Assembly: GCA_038205935.1 (NCBI GenBank)
Contig: JBBRBK010000032.1
Location: 1-22,612 of the forward strand
DNA length: 22,612 nucleotides
Direction: 5' to 3'
From: Campylobacterales bacterium
GTDB taxonomy: Bacteria; Campylobacterota; Campylobacteria; Campylobacterales; Sulfurimonadaceae
The translations under genes and the position numbers were made by a program. This document shows, in pieces, positions 8,314-18,159 of this stretch (positions within the stretch are counted from its first letter, which is position 1; every line of letters begins with the position of its first letter). Under the pieces are notes generated by a model. The model did no database searches. It was not told the DNA's origin and was given only the letters and a program-made list of their open reading frames with translations.

Positions 8314-9519
8314 ATGAAAAACAGGTTTTATTTTGACACTAAGCCAAACGAAAATATTCTTGAATTGATTAAAGCTGAAAGAGAAGAGATAGGCTTTTAC
8401 GAACTTTGCCACAACGATGTTAGTGGATATAAAGCTTACGCGAAGAGTATAGATGCGCAAGATATCGTGGTTGTCGGTATCGGCGGTAGTGCTCTTGGAA
8501 CCTCTGCAATTTATAAATTTTTAAAATATACCAACCACTTTTCAAAAAAACTGCATGTTATAGAAACGACCGATCCCCTTGTCATCACTGATGAGATGGA
8601 ACATATTGATCTTAAAAATGCCCATTTTCTTATTATCAGTAAATCTGGAACAACGGTTGAGACGATCTCTGTTTACAAGTACATTACCTCTATCGTAGAG
8701 ATAACTTCTAAAAACTGTACGATCATTACAGATGAGGGTTCACTTCTTGAAAAGCACGCAATTGATAGCAATATCAAAGTGTTTCATATTCCTCATAATG
8801 TTGGTGGGAGATTTTCGGTTTTAAGCGCAGTTGGTCTTGTTCCGCTTGCGATGATAGGTGTCGATATAGGGTCTCTTTTAGATGGTGCGAAAAAGATCTA
8901 TAACTCATTTTTCAATCAAGAGGGTTATGATACTTCACTTTTGAAAAAAGCGACTTATTATGCTCAAACTGCAAATACTTATAATATTAATTGTTTATTT
9001 AGCTACTCAGAAGTTTTTCGGGAGTTCAACGCATGGTATGTGCAACTTTGGGGAGAAAGCCTTGGGAAAAAACAGATCCATTCACAGTTACATGTAGGGC
9101 TTACTCCAGTTGGTCTTATCGGACCCACCGATCAACACTCTTTTTTACAGTTGATTGTTGATGGGAAACGAGACAAAAGTGTGACTGTCATCAAGATAAA
9201 CAATTTTGAAAATGCGATGGAAGTACCAAATAACTCACTCAAACATTTAGAAGCGTTGGATGTATTAAACGGATATAAGTTCTCAGAAATCATCAATATG
9301 CAGGCTGACTCTATTGTCGAGTCTCTTCTCTCACTTGAACATATTCCGCTAGATGTTATCGAAATCTCTCAAATCAACGCGCATTCTATCGGCGAGCTTA
9401 TCTACTATTATGAGCTTTTAGCAGCACTTGTGGGAAAAATGCTTGATATCAATACTTACGACCAGCCTGGTGTAGAGATGGGCAAGATTATCCTCAAAGA
9501 GAAACTAAACAAAAGATAG
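8314..9519 (+). CDS. pgi: Glucose-6-phosphate isomerase (short Campylobacterota type)
   Basis: GIGGSALG, ISKSGTTVET, VGGRFSVLSAVG, QLWGESLGK, DQHSFLQL, DQPGVEMGK. Confidence 0.96.
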   Translation: MKNRFYFDTKPNENILELIKAEREEIGFYELCHNDVSGYKAYAKSIDAQDIVVVGIGGSALGTSAIYKFLKYTNHFSKKLHVIETTDPLVITDEMEHIDLKNAHFLIISKSGTTVETISVYKYITSIVEITSKNCTIITDEGSLLEKHAIDSNIKVFHIPHNVGGRFSVLSAVGLVPLAMIGVDIGSLLDGAKKIYNSFFNQEGYDTSLLKKATYYAQTANTYNINCLFSYSEVFREFNAWYVQLWGESLGKKQIHSQLHVGLTPVGLIGPTDQHSFLQLIVDGKRDKSVTVIKINNFENAMEVPNNSLKHLEALDVLNGYKFSEIINMQADSIVESLLSLEHIPLDVIEISQINAHSIGELIYYYELLAALVGKMLDINTYDQPGVEMGKIILKEKLNKR

Positions 9520-9520
9520 A

Positions 9521-10810
9521 TTACGATTCTTTGTAAGTATCTCTTGCAAAGATAAAACGGTTCACGCCGTTGTCATACTCATAAGCTAACACTTGCTTAT
9601 GAGCTTTTAATATTGAATCCACAAGATATAAACCCAAACCAAAACTGTTTTGCGATGAAGACTCTTTTGTAAATGGTTCTATATAAAAATTTAGAGGATA
9701 TTTAAGTCTCGCACCTTTACTTTCAAAACAGAGTTCTGCATCTACAATTATTATTTTAATGTGCTTGTCCGGTGAGTATTTCATCGCATTATCGATCATA
9801 TTTTTGATAGCAGTCGTATAAAGTCTATAATTTGCCACAAGCTTAGCCGAGCTTTTAATATCAACTTCTATATGTTCGGGTTCCACCATCGACATATCTA
9901 TTGCACCATCAATGATATCTACGATTCTGTATTCGGAAAATTCTTTTCTCGTTGTTAGCGAAGTCACCTCTTCTATCATAGCAAAATCATTGACAAGTGT
10001 TTCGAGTCGGCCAAAAATAGAGGTAAATCTATCACGCTGTTTTTGTGATTCTAGCATTTGCGTTGCGATAGTTCCCTTTGCGATGGGAGTTTTAAGTTCA
10101 TGCATAATGTTACGTAAAAAAAGCGTCCGCGCTCCAAGCATAGAGTTGATCTTGAGTCTAGCAGTCTCAAGCTCATTGGCAATAACTGCTATTTCATCTT
10201 TTCCCTTCACTTTAAAAGAGACATTCAAATTTCCAGCACCAAAAAGAGCTATCCGCTGAAATAGTCGTATCAAAGGACGAAGTCTTTGCAAGATAAGCAT
10301 AAACGATATGATAATAATGGAGATAATGCTCACATAACTTGAGATAAGACTCCAAGGTTTATAGGGTTTGAGTGTTGAGTCTATAACCATAATAGAACCC
10401 ATATTTGTACGTATATAAAAATAGATGGAGTTTTGATATTGAAGCATCACTGTTTTTACACGTGAAGATCCTTGATACATCATATTTGTATTTTCAGCCA
10501 AGTCATCATTTCGCCTAACATTTCTACTTTCTTGTGTCAGAGTTTTCCCTGTTTTTAAAATCTGTTGTGCTTTTTTCTCAGGAATCGCAGAAAGATTATA
10601 GATAGCAAGATTGGCATCAAAAATAGCTGTTGAGCTTTGATTTTGCTGATATTCATGAAAAAGCTGAGTAATGACAGAGTGTTTTGCAAAAATATTGTTG
10701 ACATATCTGACATAGTTTAACTGATAGAACTGCCAAAAGACATAACTCACGCTCACAAGCGTTACAAAAAGCGCAAATAAAACGGTAAGTAAAACTGCGT
10801 GGCGTCTCAT
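9521..10810 (-). CDS. Sensor histidine kinase (ArsS/RacS-like; 2 TM, HAMP, HisKA, HATPase)
   Basis: Two hydrophobic segments, HAMP (GKDEIAVIANE), H-box IMHELKTPIAKG, N-box NMIDNAMKYS, SFGLGLY. Confidence 0.92.
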   Translation of the reverse strand: MRRHAVLLTVLFALFVTLVSVSYVFWQFYQLNYVRYVNNIFAKHSVITQLFHEYQQNQSSTAIFDANLAIYNLSAIPEKKAQQILKTGKTLTQESRNVRRNDDLAENTNMMYQGSSRVKTVMLQYQNSIYFYIRTNMGSIMVIDSTLKPYKPWSLISSYVSIISIIIISFMLILQRLRPLIRLFQRIALFGAGNLNVSFKVKGKDEIAVIANELETARLKINSMLGARTLFLRNIMHELKTPIAKGTIATQMLESQKQRDRFTSIFGRLETLVNDFAMIEEVTSLTTRKEFSEYRIVDIIDGAIDMSMVEPEHIEVDIKSSAKLVANYRLYTTAIKNMIDNAMKYSPDKHIKIIIVDAELCFESKGARLKYPLNFYIEPFTKESSSQNSFGLGLYLVDSILKAHKQVLAYEYDNGVNRFIFARDTYKES

Positions 10811-11469
10811 TTTATGAGTTTATATCCCACGCCTCGAACTGATTCTATTAATGTTTTATCTCCGAGTTTATTTCTAATACGCCCAACCATAACATCAATA
10901 CTTTTATTTGATGAATCTTCATTAATGGCATTGACATTATGGATAAGATCCTCACGTGAAACGACATTACCTTGTTTTTGGATCATATATGACAAGATAC
11001 CGTATTCTGCATTTGTCAGATCAAGAGCGCGCCCTTTATAGTGTATTTGCATCGAAGAAGTATCACATTTAAAATCACTCTTCATCTCATCTTTTTGCGA
11101 TACTTTTGTTTCATATCTACGAAGTACAGAGTGAATACGAGCTTCGAGTTCTCTTGGATCATAAGGTTTTGGTAGATAATCATCAGCTCCAAGAGCAAGT
11201 GCTGCCACTTTGTCCGTCACATCGCTTCTTGCTGAAGAAATAATAATAGGAATATCCTGACGCTCACGGATTGCTTCGCATACTTCCAAACCATCCATTC
11301 CCGGAAGTGTAAGGTCAAGGATAACCAAATCAAAAGGTTCTAGTTTTAAGATACTCACAGCTTTAAAAGGATCATCTTCCGTCACTATCTTAAAATCAAA
11401 CTGTTCGAGGTACTCTGTAAGTATCTCTGCTAACTCCAAATCATCTTCTATCATAAGTATTTTATTCAT
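10807..11469 (-). CDS. OmpR/PhoB-family response regulator (ArsR/RacR-like)
   Basis: IEDD, LDLTLPGMDG, SSARSD, GADDYLPKPYDPREL; winged helix SIDVMVGRIRNKL...SVRGVGY. Overlaps the kinase start by 4 bp. Confidence 0.94.
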   Translation of the reverse strand: MNKILMIEDDLELAEILTEYLEQFDFKIVTEDDPFKAVSILKLEPFDLVILDLTLPGMDGLEVCEAIRERQDIPIIISSARSDVTDKVAALALGADDYLPKPYDPRELEARIHSVLRRYETKVSQKDEMKSDFKCDTSSMQIHYKGRALDLTNAEYGILSYMIQKQGNVVSREDLIHNVNAINEDSSNKSIDVMVGRIRNKLGDKTLIESVRGVGYKLIK

Positions 11470-11526
11470 AATGATACTTTAACGCATTTCTCTTAATAGT
11501 TGGATAATAAAAGAATATTCTATTTA

Positions 11527-11541
11527 TGATAACAATTATCA
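11527..11541. promoter_or_regulatory. Fur box 1
   Basis: TGATAACAATTATCA, one mismatch to the 7-1-7 consensus TGATAATnATTATCA, upstream of a feoAB operon. Confidence 0.8.
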
Positions 11542-11561
11542 TTACTAACTTTACTTTAAGT

Positions 11562-11576
11562 TGATAATGAATATCA
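11562..11576. promoter_or_regulatory. Fur box 2
   Basis: TGATAATGAATATCA, one mismatch to the 7-1-7 consensus, 27 nt upstream of the porin ATG. Confidence 0.8.
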
Positions 11577-11603
11577 TTACCTAATTAAAAAAGGGAATTA
11601 CTC

Positions 11604-12884
11604 ATGAAAACATTCACAAAAATGGGATTGTCATTAACACTAAGCATCAATGCTTATGCTGGAACTGTTATCACTTATGAAAATATAGATGCTCCTCATA
11701 GCCTTAGAGACATTGCACAGAAAAAAGAGCCGCCACTCATAGAAAATAACAACAGCTCAGATCAGTTTATAGATATATTTAAAAATGCAACCATCTCTGG
11801 TCAAATACGTTCTATCTATAGCCAGCGTGATTACGCAGTATCGAGTAACCCTGACAACTATGCAACGGCGCTAGGCGGACAACTAAAGTATGAAACGAGC
11901 TCTTTCGATGGTTTTAGCGCGGCTGTTGCTTTTTATGCATCTCAGGATATCAACTTTGCCACAGGAAGCAGATCAAAAGAGGAACAAGACAGTGAACTCT
12001 CTTCAGACAAAGGCAACTTTACACAGCTAGCTGAAGCTTATGTAAACTATAAAGATGGAAATCTTAATCTTCGTATGGGAAGACAAGTCGTTGATACGCC
12101 ACTTGCAGACAGTGATGCTATTCGTATGATACAAAATACCTTTGAAGCTTATCTTGGCACTTATACCGTAGGAGAGTTTACCTTTATGGCTGGAAAACTT
12201 CAAAACTGGCAAGGATATGATGCTGGTTTAGCAGATGGTTATATTCCCGTAGGAAAAACAGGGGCTTGGCTTAGTTCAGTTGCTTTTTCAAATAATCTTT
12301 TTGACGTAAGCACGTGGATTTACAATATCACCGACTTTTCAAATATTTTATACACTGACGCTTCCATTCACTATAATCTAAGTCAAGATGTTTTCCTCCA
12401 CAGCAGTATTCAGTATATCAATGAAAATGAGTTAGACGACAGTATGGTAAACGCTCAGCTTTATGGAGCGATGGCGGCAGTTAACATCCATGGACTTACC
12501 TTCACGACTGCATACAACAAAGCTATCGTTAGTAAAGGAAAAGAAACATTTAGCGGTTTTGGAGGAGGAGCGCTCTATACAAGCATGGATACTATGATTC
12601 TTAATGATATTGCAATAGATCGAAATTCACAAGCCATTGTTTGTTCCCTTAGCTATGCTCTCAACAATTTCAAATTGCTTTATGCGTATGGAGATTTTAT
12701 CGGCGACCGAAACTCTTTAGGAAAAAAAGCTGATATTGTTGAGCAAAATATAGGTTTTAAATATAATGTCACCAAGAATTTTGAATTTTCTGCAGTCTAT
12801 ACGATAGATAATGATAAAATAGATTCAAGCAATGACCAAACGAACTGGAATAGATTACAGCTCATGGCAACATATAATTTTTAA
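11604..12884 (+). CDS. Outer-membrane porin, OprD/Campylobacterota family
   Basis: Signal peptide ending AYA; ISGQIR, TALGGQLKYET, LAEAYVNY, GRQVVDTPLADSDAIRM.QNTFEA; C-terminal beta-signal RLQLMATYNF. Confidence 0.85.
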   Translation: MKTFTKMGLSLTLSINAYAGTVITYENIDAPHSLRDIAQKKEPPLIENNNSSDQFIDIFKNATISGQIRSIYSQRDYAVSSNPDNYATALGGQLKYETSSFDGFSAAVAFYASQDINFATGSRSKEEQDSELSSDKGNFTQLAEAYVNYKDGNLNLRMGRQVVDTPLADSDAIRMIQNTFEAYLGTYTVGEFTFMAGKLQNWQGYDAGLADGYIPVGKTGAWLSSVAFSNNLFDVSTWIYNITDFSNILYTDASIHYNLSQDVFLHSSIQYINENELDDSMVNAQLYGAMAAVNIHGLTFTTAYNKAIVSKGKETFSGFGGGALYTSMDTMILNDIAIDRNSQAIVCSLSYALNNFKLLYAYGDFIGDRNSLGKKADIVEQNIGFKYNVTKNFEFSAVYTIDNDKIDSSNDQTNWNRLQLMATYNF

Positions 12885-12895
12885 GGTAAAAACAG

Positions 12896-13120
12896 ATGAA
12901 TCTTTTAGAGTGTAAACAAAATGATATTTTAGAGGTTGTAAAACTCAACACCGAAGGTGAACTCAGACAAAGACTTATCTCTTTTGGAGTTTTAAGAGGT
13001 GCAACCATAAGCCTGCTTGGATATTCTCCGACAAAAAGTACGGTTGAAATCAAAGTCGGAAAGATGAATATAGCGCTTCGTAAAGATGAGGCCAAAGCAA
13101 TCGAGGTAAAAACAGTATGA
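12896..13120 (+). CDS. feoA: Ferrous iron transport protein A
   Basis: 74 aa; RQRLISFG...G, SP....VEIKVG...IALRKDEAKAIEV; overlaps the feoB start. Confidence 0.95.
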   Translation: MNLLECKQNDILEVVKLNTEGELRQRLISFGVLRGATISLLGYSPTKSTVEIKVGKMNIALRKDEAKAIEVKTV

Positions 13121-15228
13121 AAAAGATAAAAATAGCTCTTGTCGGACAGCCAAATGTCGGAAAAAGTATGCTTATCAACTCCATCTCAAATGCCCACTTA
13201 CATGTAGGCAATTTTACAGGCGTTACAGTTGAAAAAAGCGAAGTACTTTTCAACTATGAAGGGTATAAAGTCAACATTGTTGATCTTCCAGGAACGTATA
13301 TGCTCAGCGAGTACTCCATCGAGGAGAAGGTCACTACGAACTTTTTATGCGAAGAAGAGTACGACCTCATCGTAAATGTAGTAGATTCAACAAATTTGCA
13401 AAGAAATTTGCAACTCACTTCAGAACTGTTAAATATGAATAGAAAGCTCGTCATTGCACTTAACATGAGCGATGAGGCAAAAAAAGAGGGAATCCATATC
13501 GATGCAAAGCTTTTTTCACAGCTTTTAGGTGTAAAAGCCATTGCCGTTTCTGCAGCTACAAAAGAAGGCATCAAACCATTACTTGATGCAATTATTCAAA
13601 CTTTTGAAAATAGCTTGAGTGAATCTAAACTGATATTTAGTGAACCTATCGAAGAAGAGATAGAAAATATTATCACCTGTCTTACAAAGCACCATTTTAA
13701 ATCTCACAACTCTTTTAGACGTATCGCTATCAACCTCTTACAAAACAAAGAAAAAACATATAGAAAAATGCATGATGATCCTATATGGATAGAGCTCCAA
13801 CCCATCTTACATGAAGCGAACAAACATCTTGCCTTACACCACGCAACGGAAGATATGCAGGATATCTTTGCTGAAGAATATATGGCGTTTAATAAAGGGA
13901 TTGTCGCAGAGGTTGTAAAACAAGACAATATTGCACTTCACGAGATCAGTACAACAGATAAAATAGACAGAATTCTTATCCACCCTGTTTTTGGCATCCC
14001 CATCTTTCTCTTTTTTATGTGGGGACTTTTCCAGCTGACCTTTAAACTCGGATCTATCCCGATGGAATGGATTGATGCATTTTTTACATGGTTTGGCAGT
14101 GTTGTGGGTGCTACTATACCAAATCTCGAAATACGCTCACTCGTAGTAGAGGGCTTAATTGCGGGAGTCGGTGCGGTTATTATGTTTGTGCCAAATATTG
14201 TGATTCTTTTTATTGGTATCTCACTTTTAGAATCGACGGGTTATATGAGTCGGGTTGCCTTTTTACTTGATGGCTTTTTCCACCGTTTTGGTTTGCATGG
14301 ACAATCTTTCATCCCTCTTGTTACAGGTTTTGGATGTTCTATTCCTGCTTACATGAGTGCGAGAATTTTAAAAAATGATCGAGACAGATTGCTTACTCTT
14401 TTTGTCATCGGATTTATGAGCTGTGGGGCGAGACTTCCTGTATATGTCCTTTTTGCTGGAGCTTTTTTTGGAGAGAGTAGTGCGGGAAATGTTTTATTTG
14501 CCATCTATATCAGTGGCGCGGTTATAGGACTTATTGCCGCTAAAGTATTAAAGATGACAGCATTTAAAGGGAGAGATGAACCATTCGTTATGGAAATGCC
14601 AAAGTATCGCCTTCCATCTTTTACTCTTGTATGGCACACAGTCAAAACAAAGACTTACATGTATATCAAAAAAGCGGGAACATTTATTGCCGCAGCTTCC
14701 ATGCTTGTATGGTTTTTAAGTAACTATCCGCACAACGTTCAAATGGTAGCAGAGCAAAAAGCGAAGATAGAACTTACAGCAGATACGCAAGAACAAAAAC
14801 TGCTACAAGCTTCACTGAGCGAACATCTTCTAGAACAGAGTTTTTTAGGCCGTATTGGGAAGTTTATAGAACCTATATTTCAGCCTATCGGAATGGATTG
14901 GAAGATGGCAATTGCGCTTCAAACAGGACTTGCTGCTAAAGAGGTTGTTGTCTCAACTCTCGGTGTTTTATACTCAGTTGGTGCCGATGCGGATGAGCAT
15001 AGCAATGGATTGATGCAAAGACTCCATGCAAATATCTCTTTTGCTTCAGCTGTTGCATTTATTGTTATCATAATGACATATCTCCCATGCTTCGCGGCAA
15101 CTGCGGTTTTTACTAGAGAAGCCGGTGGAATCAAGTACGCTGTTTATCTCTTTTTACTTACCACTGGTGTTGCGTATTCTTTAGCATTTTTGGCATATAA
15201 AAGCGTTCTTCTTTTAGGCATTTCGTAG
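13117..15228 (+). CDS. feoB: Ferrous iron transport protein B
   Basis: G motifs GQPNVGKS, GNFTGVTVE, DLPG, NMSD; membrane motifs LESTGYMSR, GFGCSIPA, MSCGARLPVY, FVMEMPKYRLP, YLPCFA. Confidence 0.97.
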   Translation: MKKIKIALVGQPNVGKSMLINSISNAHLHVGNFTGVTVEKSEVLFNYEGYKVNIVDLPGTYMLSEYSIEEKVTTNFLCEEEYDLIVNVVDSTNLQRNLQLTSELLNMNRKLVIALNMSDEAKKEGIHIDAKLFSQLLGVKAIAVSAATKEGIKPLLDAIIQTFENSLSESKLIFSEPIEEEIENIITCLTKHHFKSHNSFRRIAINLLQNKEKTYRKMHDDPIWIELQPILHEANKHLALHHATEDMQDIFAEEYMAFNKGIVAEVVKQDNIALHEISTTDKIDRILIHPVFGIPIFLFFMWGLFQLTFKLGSIPMEWIDAFFTWFGSVVGATIPNLEIRSLVVEGLIAGVGAVIMFVPNIVILFIGISLLESTGYMSRVAFLLDGFFHRFGLHGQSFIPLVTGFGCSIPAYMSARILKNDRDRLLTLFVIGFMSCGARLPVYVLFAGAFFGESSAGNVLFAIYISGAVIGLIAAKVLKMTAFKGRDEPFVMEMPKYRLPSFTLVWHTVKTKTYMYIKKAGTFIAAASMLVWFLSNYPHNVQMVAEQKAKIELTADTQEQKLLQASLSEHLLEQSFLGRIGKFIEPIFQPIGMDWKMAIALQTGLAAKEVVVSTLGVLYSVGADADEHSNGLMQRLHANISFASAVAFIVIIMTYLPCFAATAVFTREAGGIKYAVYLFLLTTGVAYSLAFLAYKSVLLLGIS

Positions 15229-15246
15229 GTATTTTCAACCTACTGA

Positions 15247-15268
15247 TGCTATAATTGCGCAAAAAGGA
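15247..15268 (+). promoter_or_regulatory. Extended -10 (TGCTATAAT) and SD (AAGGA) for the pssA-like gene
   Basis: Perfect TGnTATAAT at 15247-15255; AAGGA at 15264-15268; ATG at 15274. Confidence 0.7.
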
Positions 15269-15273
15269 CATAG

Positions 15274-15828
15274 ATGAAATTTTTATGGCAATCTACTTCT
15301 CACTTTAATCTTGCAAATCTTTTTACAATGGTCAATATCACAGCTGGTTTGATGGCAACTTACTTCATTACTCAAAATAACTTTTTTCTTGCAATCATCC
15401 TAGCGTGGGTTGGTGGAGCTTTTGATATTTTCGATGGCAAGATCGCTAGAAAATATAAACTTTCAAATGAGTTTGGCATTCAACTCGATAGTTTTGCAGA
15501 CTTCTTATCTTTTGTTCTTGTCCCTGTATTTTTAATCTTTCAAGCAGTGTATGCAAAAACAGAGGGAGCGATCATCATAGTCGCTTCTGTTATTAGCATC
15601 TACTATGTTATCTCGGGACTTCGTCGTTTGATCCAGTTTAATATCAACGCAGACGCTGGAGAAGTTTCAAAGTTTTTTACAGGCGTACCTACCCCACTTG
15701 GTGCTATCTTACTTTGGCTTGTCTATCTTGCAAACTCTTATGCACTTATCCCTGCAGTTGCTGTTGTTTTTTTAATGGCTCTCATCGGATGGAGTCTCAA
15801 CTCCACACTTAAAGTTCCACATCCATAA
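15274..15828 (+). CDS. pssA: CDP-alcohol phosphatidyltransferase, phosphatidylserine synthase-like
   Basis: D..DG.IAR.....FG.QLDS.AD signature; RL..FN and F.GVPTP motifs of type II PssA. Confidence 0.75.
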   Translation: MKFLWQSTSHFNLANLFTMVNITAGLMATYFITQNNFFLAIILAWVGGAFDIFDGKIARKYKLSNEFGIQLDSFADFLSFVLVPVFLIFQAVYAKTEGAIIIVASVISIYYVISGLRRLIQFNINADAGEVSKFFTGVPTPLGAILLWLVYLANSYALIPAVAVVFLMALIGWSLNSTLKVPHP

Positions 15829-15847
15829 ATCACCTCAAAGGTTCCCT

Positions 15848-17972
15848 ATGAAAAGTATTAGTAGAAAGATTCAGATACCGTTAATAATATCTATCCTTGT
15901 CGGATTTGTAATTATTGCGATCAACTATTTTTATTCTATCAACAATATGAAAGCTGATATATAAAAAAGAAAACAGTTCACTTCGTTCGTTATACAACGG
16001 TCTTTTAAACAATAAAAAAGATATTGGCTTAACTAATGCCATCAACATTTCCGAAAATTACTACACTATGAGAGCTTTAAAAGAAAACAATAGGAATATT
16101 GCAGTCAATGGTTTGAGTGCTCTTTCAAAAACATTCAAAGACAATACAGATTTTAACAATGTGAAGATCCATGTTCATGATGCAAATGTTAAAAGTTTTC
16201 TAAGATCTTGGAGTCCAGAGAAGTTTGGTGATGATCTCAGTGGTTTTAGAAAAAGTATTCTCCAAGTGAAAGAAACAAAAAAACCTCTCGTTACAATGGA
16301 AGTAGGAAAAGAAGGTCTTCTTCTTCGAGGTCTTTCACCTGTTATTGATGCAGGTAACTATCTTGGTTCAGTTGAATTTATTCAAGGTCTAAACTCCATT
16401 ATAACATCTGCAAAAAAAAGCAACAATGTTGACATAGTGGTGGTTCTTGATAATAAATATTTATCTACAGCAACAGCACTAAAAGATGCTCCAAAAATTA
16501 ATGACTTCACTTTAGCAGTTTCAAAAAAAACTATAAACGATTCATTTTTTAAAGAACTTTCATCTATTGATCCTAGAGATACTAAAACATTCCAAAAATC
16601 TAAAAACTATTTTATCTCTTCTGAACCGATTATGGATTTTTCAAATAATATTGTTGGTTACGCAGTTATGGGTAAATTAAAAACTGAAGTTGAAGCGACA
16701 ATTAAAGATTCAGAAAAATCACTCTTAAGCCAAATATTTATTATTGCTTTAATAAATGTTTTCGTTTTATTATTTTTACTCTATATCGTCAAAAAAGCTG
16801 TTATCAATCCTATTGTCAATCTTGATAAAGTGGCAAAAGAGCTTACTATAGGAGATGCAGATCTCTCTAAAAGACTTCCAATTGTCTCACATGATGAATT
16901 AGGAAGTGCAAGTCAAAGCTTTAATGCCTTCTTAGATATAGTAGAAGGGATTTCTAACGAAGCCAAACGTGAAGCACTCAGAGCCCAAGAAACATCACAG
17001 CAGATAGCACAAGCTCTAGAAAAGAATGAACTCAATCTCAGTCTTTCTCATGAGATGATCTCAGGTTCAGTAGCAAATGCAACAAATCTACAAACAAGTA
17101 TGAAAGATAATATTCAAAATGTAGATCAAGTGAATAAACTCAATGGTGAAACGGGCAATATTATTACCAAAGTTACAAAATCAACAGATGAAATCATCGA
17201 TAATATTGCACACATTACAGAGATGCTCAGTGATTCTAAAAACTCTGCGGATCAACTTAACACGAATGTTGCAGAGATTTTTAATGTTATCACCCTTATC
17301 AAAGATATCTCTGATCAAACAAATCTTTTAGCACTTAATGCTGCCATAGAAGCAGCGCGCGCTGGTGAGCATGGACGTGGATTTGCCGTTGTTGCTGATG
17401 AAGTAAGAAAACTTGCAGAACGCACGCAAAAAGCGACAAGTGAAGTGGAAGCCAATATCAGCGTTTTAAAACAAAACTCGATAACAATGACACAAAACAG
17501 CGAAAAAATTGACCTCTCTGCATCAGAATCTCAAAGCAAACTTGATGATTTTAAAATCACGCTCCACGAAATGATTCGTAATGTAAGTAAAATCAAAGAT
17601 GACAGTCAAAAAATAGGGCATGAACTCTTTGCAAATATGGCAAAACTCGATCACATGATTTTTAAATCTTCTTCATATTCGACAGTACTTGATGGAAAAG
17701 TAGATAAAAATTTAAGTGATCACCTTACATGTAATCTTGGTAAATGGTATGGAGCAGAAGGTAAACAATTATTTTCACATAGTTCTGCATTTAGTGCTAT
17801 AGAAAAGCCGCATGCAACAATTCATGGAAATATCAAAAAAGCTATGGAGCTTTTGGAAAGAGGTAATGCAACAAATGCAGAAATTATCAACTTGTTTAGA
17901 GAATCAGAACTAGCATCTCAAGAGTTGTTCGGCTATCTTGATTCAATGGTAAAAGATGTTAAAAAGGGCTAA
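15848..17972 (+). pseudogene. Methyl-accepting chemotaxis protein (TM-Cache-TM-HAMP-MCP-CZB), frameshifted near 15960
   Basis: ATG 15848 with AAAGG SD encodes [38 protein letters not shown] and stops at TAA 15962-15964. The +1 frame is open from 15951 ([36 protein letters not shown]) into the 16068 ORF, which has [41 protein letters not shown] and CZB motifs. Confidence 0.8.
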
Positions 17973-18157
17973 TCACCCTTTTTAAATCTACAAGAACCTA
18001 CGGTAATTGTTTTACCGCTCTTGCAAATCTCTTTAACATAGGAAAGTGTGCCCTCGGCCGCTTCCTCTCCCACTTCTTCTTTTATCATTCTTAGCAAATC
18101 TTCTTCTCTTGTGATCTGCCAAGTTTTTTCATAGCTATACTGCGTAGCGATTTTCAT
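17969..18157 (-). CDS. Small hypothetical protein (62 aa)
   Basis: ATG 2 nt after the yceI-like stop; protein-like composition; stop overlaps the MCP stop. Confidence 0.65.
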   Translation of the reverse strand: MKIATQYSYEKTWQITREEDLLRMIKEEVGEEAAEGTLSYVKEICKSGKTITVGSCRFKKGD

Positions 18158-18159
18158 AA

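Noticed and set aside
1819..15134. Many short alternative ORFs in the track (e.g. 1819-2028, 4490-4831, 5411-5713, 9912-10259, 13254-13574)
   Set aside because: They are antisense or out-of-frame shadows lying in or across well-supported genes, with no recognisable motifs.
15225..15243. GTAGGT-N7-ACCTAC inverted repeat at the feoB stop
   Set aside because: Only 6 bp with no U-tract; too weak to call a terminator or operator.
15963..15969. AAAAAAG slippery heptamer at the MCP break, suggesting programmed -1 frameshifting
   Set aside because: The TAA stop precedes or overlaps it, and the shift needed is +1/-2, not -1. Changing the A-run length does not remove the stop.
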